A stretch of 64,000 nucleotides of DNA, from contig DUUT01000054.1 in assembly GCA_012841405.1 (NCBI GenBank), positions 6,220-70,219 of the forward strand. The letters run 5' to 3'. The stretch is from Chloroflexota bacterium. Its GTDB lineage: Bacteria > Chloroflexota > Anaerolineae > UBA1429. The notes under the pieces are model-generated. The model was not told the origin of the DNA. It worked only from the letters and a program-made list of their open reading frames with translations, and searched no databases. The translations under genes and the position numbers were made by a program. Positions 5,365-12,081 of this stretch are shown here, piece after piece (position 1 is the first letter of the stretch; each line of letters starts with the position of its first letter).

Positions 5365-7518
5365 CTAGCCATAGGTACCTCCCCAGTACATGCGCATTTG
5401 CTGCTGGCTGTAGGTCATCTGGGTGAGTTGAACCAAGAGATGGCTGTACTGCTTTTCGAGGACGGCACGCTGGCTCTCGATGCGCTCTTGGATCTGGGAG
5501 ACGCGGTCATTTACGCCGCGGAGCTGCTCGTTCGTTACCGCTATCTTGCGATTGATCATCCCATCGGCGCCTGTGTAGGGGGAGAGGCGCTTCTCCATGT
5601 TGTCCAGCACGGCGTTCAGGAGCGCCTCAACGCCCGACGGATCGGCAGCCAGGGCAGCATCCAGCGCGTTCGCATCGAGCACCGGTACCAGGTTGGCGTC
5701 CAACGTGATCCCGATCTGACGGAGACTGGTGGGCGCTCCTGCAGGCAGGCCGCTGATGGTCTCGGAGAGCGTCATGTAGAGCGATGTGCGCAGGGCGGTG
5801 AACAGCGTGTTATCGCCCGCGAGGGCATTGCGCGTGTAGGTGGCATTGGCACCCGAACCCGAGGCGGTCACCCCCGTCTCGTTCTTGATCAGCGACTGAA
5901 AGGCGGTAAAGGCATCCAAGAGCGTGCTGATCTTGTCGGCGATGGAGCCGGTGTCGCGCTCCACCGTCAGGATGGCGCTCTGCCCTTCAGCATCGGCGGC
6001 CAGGTTGATCGTCATGCCCGTCACGACGTCGGACAGGCCGGTGTTGCGGTCGCGGGTGACGGTGATGCCGTTCACCGTAAAGACCGCATCGGTCGCGTCC
6101 TGGTAGCCGCTACCAGGGCCTGTATTCTTGAACGTGTTGGGTGCCGAGATGAGGCCAATGCCGTTGGCGCCCGTGCCGCTGAGCACCGTGCCTTGCACAT
6201 CGGCGAGCTGGATGGTATGCGCCGCGCCGGTGGACTTGGCCGTCAGCACCAGGCGATTGGTGACGATACTGGCACTGACGCCCGCACCGTCGGGATAGCT
6301 CGCCGTGTTGATGGCGTTGGCAATGTCGATCAGGCTGTCGCCCGAGGAGACGGTGATCAGTGCGCCGCCGCTGGTGTACGAGACGCTGGCAGCGCCGGCC
6401 CCGATGGTGCCAACTTGGGTCAGGCGCGCGGTATAGTCGACCTGCGCCGCCCCGGCTCCCATGGTGCCCTCCACGTAGGGGCCCTCGCCGAAATCGATGC
6501 TGATGCCTCGCCCGGTGACAAAGACACCATTGGCGTCGTTGGCCAAGACAGCATCGATGGCCTGCCAACCAGCGGTAAAGCTGCCATCAGCCGCCGCGGC
6601 GTCATAGATCGACACCGCCGTGCCCGTCGCGTCAACGAGCCGGAACTGCCACTCGCCGCTCCCGGCGCCGTTCTCGCGGGTCTCGACATAGTAGCGGCCG
6701 CTGGCGAGCTCGGCCTGGCCAGAGCGCACCGCGCTGGTGGTGATGGCCTCCACCGTATCCGGCATCGTGACCACGTCGGCCACCGCGTGGTCCGACAGGG
6801 GGGCAAAGGTGATCGTGAGGCCTCGCCCCGTATCGAACGTCGTGCCGGCCACGGTGCTCAAGTCCTGCCAGTCCGACGTCATGGCGGTGCCCGCGTCGCC
6901 GGCAACGTCCACCGAGACGGCGACGCCGTGCTCGTCGACGATCCGGAACTGGAGGGTGTTGTGATGGTCGCGGATCTCGACGTGGTAGCTCCCGTGACTG
7001 AGCTCGGTCTGCCCGGAGCGCACGGCCGCGGTGCCAAAGGCGCTTACCGTGTTCAGCACAGGGGACGCGTCGCTGACGGCACGCGCGCCCGTTCCGCCGA
7101 TGACAAAGGTGCCCTCGAGGCCCAGTGCTGCGGTGGCGGATACCTGCGCGTCCGAGGCGGCACGCTGTGCCCGCGCCAAGCTCGTGACCGAGATGGTGTA
7201 GGCCCCTGCAACGGCGCTGCGGGTGGCGCTGGCCGTCACGATGGTGCCACCCGCCACACTGTGGCCGCCCACCGACACCTTGTTGGCAGTCCACACCGAA
7301 CCGGCGCTGCTGCGCAGGTCGGCGATAGCCGAGGTCAGATCGGTGAGCTTGCTGTTTAGCCTCGTGTACGCCTGCACGAGCGCGTTCAGCGTGGTGCGCT
7401 GGCTGGCGAGCTGGTCCAGGGGCTTGGACTGAGTCGTCAGCGCGGCATCAATGATCTGACGGAAGAACTGCCGATAGGTTTCGTTCACCCCAGCGATCGT
7501 GTTTGCGGTAAGTGCCAT
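5365..7518 (-). CDS. fliD: Flagellar filament cap protein FliD (enlarged, with internal tandem domain duplication)
   Basis: 717 aa. N-terminal ...SKPLDQLASQRTTLNALVQAYTRLNSKLTDLTSAIADLRS and C-terminal ...NEQLRGVNDRVSQIQERIESQRAVLEKQYSHLLVQLTQMTYSQQQM coiled-coil ends are typical of FliD. Confidence 0.9.
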   Translation of the reverse strand: MALTANTIAGVNETYRQFFRQIIDAALTTQSKPLDQLASQRTTLNALVQAYTRLNSKLTDLTSAIADLRSSAGSVWTANKVSVGGHSVAGGTIVTASATRSAVAGAYTISVTSLARAQRAASDAQVSATAALGLEGTFVIGGTGARAVSDASPVLNTVSAFGTAAVRSGQTELSHGSYHVEIRDHHNTLQFRIVDEHGVAVSVDVAGDAGTAMTSDWQDLSTVAGTTFDTGRGLTITFAPLSDHAVADVVTMPDTVEAITTSAVRSGQAELASGRYYVETRENGAGSGEWQFRLVDATGTAVSIYDAAAADGSFTAGWQAIDAVLANDANGVFVTGRGISIDFGEGPYVEGTMGAGAAQVDYTARLTQVGTIGAGAASVSYTSGGALITVSSGDSLIDIANAINTASYPDGAGVSASIVTNRLVLTAKSTGAAHTIQLADVQGTVLSGTGANGIGLISAPNTFKNTGPGSGYQDATDAVFTVNGITVTRDRNTGLSDVVTGMTINLAADAEGQSAILTVERDTGSIADKISTLLDAFTAFQSLIKNETGVTASGSGANATYTRNALAGDNTLFTALRTSLYMTLSETISGLPAGAPTSLRQIGITLDANLVPVLDANALDAALAADPSGVEALLNAVLDNMEKRLSPYTGADGMINRKIAVTNEQLRGVNDRVSQIQERIESQRAVLEKQYSHLLVQLTQMTYSQQQMRMYWGGTYG

Positions 7519-7544
7519 GGTGTCTCTCTTGTGCGCAGCAGGTG

Positions 7545-7904
7545 TCAGACGACGGCGGTGATGCTCTCCATGGTTCTCGAGCGCTCCGTAGCGGTGGCTA
7601 CCGCGTCCGAGTTCTTGGCCGCTTCGGCCCAGGCATCGCGCAGTTCCTGAAGCACACGGGCCGCGTCGCTAAAGCGCTGCTGACGGCCCAGCTCGCCACA
7701 CCACTGGTAGAGGGCGGCAAACTGAGACGCTACCGGATAGGTGAAATCCAGTGCTTCCATCAGCACGCTCAGCCCACGGGTCAAGTCCTCGAGGCGACGG
7801 TTTTCGCAGGCCCGCAGCGTGTAATCGTACACCGTCAGCAGGCGCGAGAGGGGGCTGGAGCTGATAGCCTGGTTCGTCTGGTAGACGCTGGCGACGGATG
7901 GCAT
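7545..7904 (-). CDS. fliS: Flagellin-specific export chaperone FliS
   Basis: 119 aa. YQTNQAISSSPLSRLLTVYDYTLRACE...LMEALDFTYPVASQFAALYQWC fits the FliS four-helix pattern. AGGAG RBS. Immediately downstream of fliC. Confidence 0.9.
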   Translation of the reverse strand: MPSVASVYQTNQAISSSPLSRLLTVYDYTLRACENRRLEDLTRGLSVLMEALDFTYPVASQFAALYQWCGELGRQQRFSDAARVLQELRDAWAEAAKNSDAVATATERSRTMESITAVV

Positions 7905-7944
7905 ATGGCTACTCCTGCGCGTTAGGGTGACAGATCAGAGAAGA

Positions 7945-7981
7945 GGTCCCTGGGGGCTGTGAACCACAGCCCCCAGGGACC
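7945..7981 (-). terminator. Stem-loop terminator/attenuator after fliC
   Basis: Perfect 17-bp inverted repeat GGTCCCTGGGGGCTGTG-aac-CACAGCCCCCAGGGACC starting 6 nt after the fliC stop, followed on the minus strand by TCTTCTCT. Confidence 0.7.
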
Positions 7982-7987
7982 TTGATA

Positions 7988-8902
7988 CTAGCGGAACAGA
8001 CCGAGGATAGCTTGCGGGGCCATGTTGGCCTGGCTCAGCATGGCGATGGCGGTCTGCTGGAGGATCTGGTACTTGGTGGCCTCGAGCTGCTCAAAGGCCA
8101 TGTCGGCGTTCATGATTCGGTTCCAGGATGCCTCGGTGTTCACCTTGGCGACGCTGAGCGAGGCCTCCTGGTAGTCGAGGCGGTTGACGATTGCGCCGAT
8201 GTAGCTCAAGCCCTCGGACACCTTGAGGCTGGCCGCGTCGACCTTGGTCATGAACTCGTTAGCGGATGCCTGGCTGGCCACCGACCACTGGCTCGCGCCG
8301 GTGCCGATCTGGACCTTGAGGTAGGCCGCGTTGAAGCAGGCCTTGCCTCCCGTGCTCGTCGAGCCAAAGACCTGGTCGGCGATCTGGAACGACATCTTGT
8401 CAGCGGTGCCGGTGCCGACACCCACCTGGAAGTTAAACTTGCCAACAGTGGTGGTGCTTGCAAAGGTCGAGGTGCTGCCGACCAGCAGGTTCACGCCCGC
8501 CCACTGCGCTTGGAGTACCTCGTTGTCGATCTGCGTGCAGAGCTGCTTCAGCTCGTTCGAGATCGCCGTGCGCTCATCCACACCGAGGGTGTCGTTGGCC
8601 GCCTGGGTGGCCTTGGTCTTCATCTTGGTGAGGATGTCGTTGATGTTGTTCAGGTGCCCCTCGGCGACGGTGATGAGTGACTTGGCGTCGGCGATGTTGG
8701 CCAGCACCTGACCGAGGCCCTTGACCTTAAAGTCGAACTTGGTGGCGATGGTCAGGCCAGCGGCATCATCGGCGGCCGAGTTGATGCGCTTGCCGGTGGA
8801 GAGGCGCAGCTGGGCGACGCCGAGCTTGTTGTTGATGCTCTGCAGCGAGTTGAGGGACTGCAGCGCGGCGATGTTGGTGGCGATGCGTGTGAAATCGGCC
8901 AT
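7988..8902 (-). CDS. fliC: Flagellin
   Basis: 304 aa. N-terminal IATNIAALQSLNSLQSINNKLGVAQLRLSTGKRINSAADDAAGLTIA and C-terminal EQLEATKYQILQQTAIAMLSQANMAPQAILGLFR are canonical D0/D1 segments. The central part is short and Ser/Thr/Gly-rich. Confidence 0.95.
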   Translation of the reverse strand: MADFTRIATNIAALQSLNSLQSINNKLGVAQLRLSTGKRINSAADDAAGLTIATKFDFKVKGLGQVLANIADAKSLITVAEGHLNNINDILTKMKTKATQAANDTLGVDERTAISNELKQLCTQIDNEVLQAQWAGVNLLVGSTSTFASTTTVGKFNFQVGVGTGTADKMSFQIADQVFGSTSTGGKACFNAAYLKVQIGTGASQWSVASQASANEFMTKVDAASLKVSEGLSYIGAIVNRLDYQEASLSVAKVNTEASWNRIMNADMAFEQLEATKYQILQQTAIAMLSQANMAPQAILGLFR

Positions 8903-8908
8903 GGTGAT

Positions 8909-8946
8909 TACCTCCGTGCAATCGTGGTGGGGGTATCCTTACCCCC
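8909..8946 (-). promoter_or_regulatory. Putative CsrA binding sites in the fliC 5' leader: GGA-loop hairpin plus Shine-Dalgarno site
   Basis: The minus-strand mRNA reads GGGGGUA-AGGA-UACCCCC (8929-8946), a 7-bp stem with AGGA in the tetraloop. It is followed by CACGGAGGUAAUCACC-AUG, where GGAGG (8911-8915) is the SD. csrA and fliW are encoded in the same regulon (40904-41628). Confidence 0.55.
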
Positions 8947-9054
8947 TCGCAAACAAGAAGCTGCCTTTTCGGCGCATCGACGATGCACTGGAACGCTCGA
9001 TAGACACCTCCTCCGCCCGTCCAGACTCAACGGTCGTCAACTACTCACTAGTGC

Positions 9055-9082
9055 TTATCGGCTCGGAGCAACGCGCCTAGAG
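9055..9082 (-). promoter_or_regulatory. Sigma-28 (FliA)-type promoter of fliC: CTCTAG-N14-GCCGATAA
   Basis: The minus strand reads CTCTAG GCGCGTTGCTCCGA GCCGATAA. The -10 is an exact match to the FliA/SigD consensus GCCGATAA. The same architecture recurs at 37331, 23400 and 15991. Predicts a leader of about 150 nt. Confidence 0.6.
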
Positions 9083-9159
9083 GTCAGTCCGTAAATGTTG
9101 CGCAAACGATGGGCATGGTGTACCTCGGGGCGCGCTCCGCTGCCGGGCGGGCTCTGGCG

Positions 9160-10863
9160 CTATGTCGAGATGGTCGGCTGCTCGACAAACCGTTGGAGGG
9201 CGGCGACGTTCTCTCGGACGAGGGCATCGTGCGGCGCTGCGGCTAACACACAGCGATACCCCTCCAGGGCGGCCGCATACTGCTGCAGGTGTGCATAGCA
9301 GGTCGCCAGGTCTGCGAGGGCATCCATGTCCGTAGGGTTGCCGTGCAGATACTCCTCGAGGTGGGCGATGGCGTCATCGAACGCGCCGCGCCCGGCGCAG
9401 GATCTCGCCGCGAGGAGGGCGGGCGCCCCTGGGGACGCGTCACCGGCTTCTCCCAGCACCTTCCAGCGGAACGCCGGGGCATCGGCGTGTGGCGCCTTTG
9501 GGTGTTCCCCGGCCTCGGGTGCGGCGGCCAGCGACGCGTCCACCGCTTCCGCTGCGGGCGCCTGCGCGGGCGCGCAGCGACGCGCCTGGGCATCGGCCTC
9601 CTCAGCCTCGACGAGCCGGTCCTGGGACCGGTAGAGGTCTGCCAAGTACTGCCATACCCTGCGGTTCGCCGCCCCACAGGCGATGGCCCTCTGGAGCACC
9701 GTCTCGGCCGGTACGAGCGATCCGGCGCGGCCGTAGCACATGGCCAGGTTCGCATAAGCGTCCCCATCCTGGGGAGAGTGCTCAATGGCGCGTTGGAAGG
9801 CGTCGATCGCCTTGTCTCGCTGGCCGAGGCGGTCGTAGCAGCCGCCCAAGTGATTCCACGCCATCCCCTCCGAGCTATAGTGGTCATACACCAGCTCGGT
9901 GGGCTTGGGGTTCCGTGTCTCCTCGCGCTTGAGTATCAAGAAGCGTTTGAACTGGCTGATGGCGGCTTCGGTCTTGTCCTCCTGCGCAAAGTACAGGAGG
10001 GCCAACTCGATATTCAGGTCGAGGCTCTCGGGGATGCGTTCAAGCTCTGCGAGGAGCACCTCTTCGCCCTGGGCGTAGCGTCCCAGGGCACGGCAGCTGA
10101 TGGCCACGTCGCAGGCTACGCCATGGCGGTGCAGGCGCTGCGTGTTGGGGCGGCCGAGCACCCACAGGCCCCGCTCGATGACCTCCTCGTGGCGCTCCGT
10201 GTTGCGGTACACGCGTATGAGGTTCATCCAGGCAAAGGTGTTCTCCGGGTCCTCGGCGAGCTGTTGTTGGAGCAGCTCTCCGGTGCGCTTCCACTTGCGC
10301 TCCAGATCCTCCCGGGAGAGGTTGTAGCCATAGTGCCACAGGCGCACCTCGGTGACGAGATGTTTGCCCTCGTAGACGAGTTGGTTGTGGACGATGCCCT
10401 CAAAGTGCGCCTTGCCCCGGCGAAAAAGCCGCGGAAAGTAGTGTTTGGCCAGCCGCCCGCCGGGGAGCGTGCTGAGCAGCGGCACGCCGAGGGCATGGAC
10501 GTCGGGCGAGGCATGAGCCCGGCGCACCGTCTCGAGGAGCAACTCCTGATCCTCATGCTCCAGCTCTTCATCGGCGTCGATCTGCAGGATCCAATCGCCG
10601 GTGGCGTAACGCAGCGAGTGGTTGCGCGCCTCGCTGAACGAGTTGTTCCAGGCGTGAAAGAACACCCGATCGGTGTAGCGACGGGCGATGTCAACGGTGG
10701 CATCCGTCGAGCCCGTATCGACGATGATGATCTCGTCGGCCACGTCCTGGACACTCTCGAGGCACTGCGCCAAAAAGCGCTCCTCGTTCTTGACGATCAT
10801 GCAGACAGACAGGCGTGGGGCGGGATCCTGGGGCGCGTTCGCTACGGGATTGACCATGTTCAC
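9160..10863 (-). CDS. Family-2 (GT-A) glycosyltransferase fused to C-terminal TPR repeats; candidate flagellin glycosyltransferase
   Basis: 567 aa. N-terminal LSVCMIVKNEERFLAQCLESVQDVADEIIIVDTGSTDATVDIA...ILQIDADEEL (GT2 DxD-type motifs). The C-terminal half has repeated TPR-like A..Y..LG....A...Y..A periodicity. Adjacent to the fliC promoter. Its start overlaps the wecB stop. Confidence 0.8.
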   Translation of the reverse strand: MNMVNPVANAPQDPAPRLSVCMIVKNEERFLAQCLESVQDVADEIIIVDTGSTDATVDIARRYTDRVFFHAWNNSFSEARNHSLRYATGDWILQIDADEELEHEDQELLLETVRRAHASPDVHALGVPLLSTLPGGRLAKHYFPRLFRRGKAHFEGIVHNQLVYEGKHLVTEVRLWHYGYNLSREDLERKWKRTGELLQQQLAEDPENTFAWMNLIRVYRNTERHEEVIERGLWVLGRPNTQRLHRHGVACDVAISCRALGRYAQGEEVLLAELERIPESLDLNIELALLYFAQEDKTEAAISQFKRFLILKREETRNPKPTELVYDHYSSEGMAWNHLGGCYDRLGQRDKAIDAFQRAIEHSPQDGDAYANLAMCYGRAGSLVPAETVLQRAIACGAANRRVWQYLADLYRSQDRLVEAEEADAQARRCAPAQAPAAEAVDASLAAAPEAGEHPKAPHADAPAFRWKVLGEAGDASPGAPALLAARSCAGRGAFDDAIAHLEEYLHGNPTDMDALADLATCYAHLQQYAAALEGYRCVLAAAPHDALVRENVAALQRFVEQPTIST

Positions 10864-12053
10864 CTCACAGGGTTCAGACGCCTCTCGAACGGTGCGGCCA
10901 AGGGAGTGGTGGAGAGCCCAAAGCGGCTGGCGATGGCCTGGGCGATGCGCTCGCCAGCGTGACCATCACCGAACGGGTTGGGCGCAGAGGCCATGCGTCG
11001 GTAGCTCTCCGCGTCGGTAAGCAGGCGCTCGGCCTCGCGGACGATGCGCTCTGCGTCGGTGCCGACGAGCAGCGCTGCTCCCGCTTGGACGGCTTCGGGG
11101 CGTTCAGTGGTATCGCGCAATACGAGCACGGGCACATTCAAGGAGGGGGCTTCCTCCTGGATGCCGCCGGAATCCGTCAGGATCAGGTGCGACCGCCGCA
11201 TCGTGTGGGCAAAGGCGACATAATCGAGCGGCTCGACGAGGCGGATGTTGTCCCGCCCCGACAGCAGGCCAAAGACGGTCTCGCGTACGCGCGGATTGAG
11301 GTGCACGGGGAGGAGAAAGGTATCCTCCGGGTGTGCGTCGGCCAGACGAGACACCGCGTCGCAGATGCGGTGGAGGGGGGTGCCCAAGCTCTCACGGCGG
11401 TGCGTCGTGACGAGGATGAGCCGACCCGAGAGCCCCTGCAGCGGGGCATCAACGGGTGCCCAGGGGCGACTGACCACGTCGAGGAGGGCGTCGATCACCG
11501 TGTTCCCCGTCACGGTGATGCCGTCGGGTGCCACCCCCTCGCGCAGGAGGTTCTGGCGAGCGGCCTCGGTGGGTGCAAAGTGCATCGCGGCGATCGCGCC
11601 GGTGAGGCGACGGTTCATCTCTTCGGGGAACGGGTTGAGCGGATCGCCGGTTCGCAGCCCTGCCTCGACGTGGCCAACGGGCACGCGCCGGTAAAAGGCC
11701 GCCAGGGAGCCCGCGAATGCTGTGGTGGTATCGCCCTGCACGAGGACGACGTCCGGCTTTTCCGCCTCGATGACCTGCGACACACCCTCGAGCACCCGCG
11801 CCGTGAGGAGCTCCAGGCTCTGGCGCGGCTGCATGACGTCGAGGTCGTATTGCGGGACGATGTCAAACGTCGCGAGTACCTGATCGAGCATCTGCCGGTG
11901 CTGGGCGCTCACGCACACGGTGGTGGTCAACTGGGGCAGCGCGCGCAACGCGCGGATCACCGGTGCCAACTTGACGGCTTCGGGGCGCGTGCCCAAGACG
12001 ACGAGGACGCGCGCGCCAGCGGGCCGATGTCTGCAATCCGTTGACGGTGCCAT
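10860..12053 (-). CDS. wecB: UDP-N-acetylglucosamine 2-epimerase (non-hydrolysing)
   Basis: VLVVLGTRPEAVKLAPVI...VCVSAQHRQMLDQVL..F.I.P.YDLDVMQP.QSL..LTARVLEGV...KPDVVLVQGDTTT...AAFY..VPVGHVEAGLRT...PFPEE.NR are classic WecB/MnaA motifs. I trimmed the 475-aa ORF to the ATG at 12053 (MAPSTDC...), because the upstream part is low complexity and overlaps the preceding gene. Confidence 0.9.
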   Translation of the reverse strand: MAPSTDCRHRPAGARVLVVLGTRPEAVKLAPVIRALRALPQLTTTVCVSAQHRQMLDQVLATFDIVPQYDLDVMQPRQSLELLTARVLEGVSQVIEAEKPDVVLVQGDTTTAFAGSLAAFYRRVPVGHVEAGLRTGDPLNPFPEEMNRRLTGAIAAMHFAPTEAARQNLLREGVAPDGITVTGNTVIDALLDVVSRPWAPVDAPLQGLSGRLILVTTHRRESLGTPLHRICDAVSRLADAHPEDTFLLPVHLNPRVRETVFGLLSGRDNIRLVEPLDYVAFAHTMRRSHLILTDSGGIQEEAPSLNVPVLVLRDTTERPEAVQAGAALLVGTDAERIVREAERLLTDAESYRRMASAPNPFGDGHAGERIAQAIASRFGLSTTPLAAPFERRLNPVR

Positions 12054-12081
12054 AGGTCTCTTCACGCAGCCTTTCTCCGCC

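Noticed and set aside
5299-7359. 686-aa plus-strand ORF covering almost all of fliD.
   Set aside because: It is antisense to a gene with clear FliD termini. The product is Gly/Arg/Ala/Asp-rich low complexity with no recognisable motif. Long antisense ORFs are expected in GC-rich DNA because stop codons are rare.
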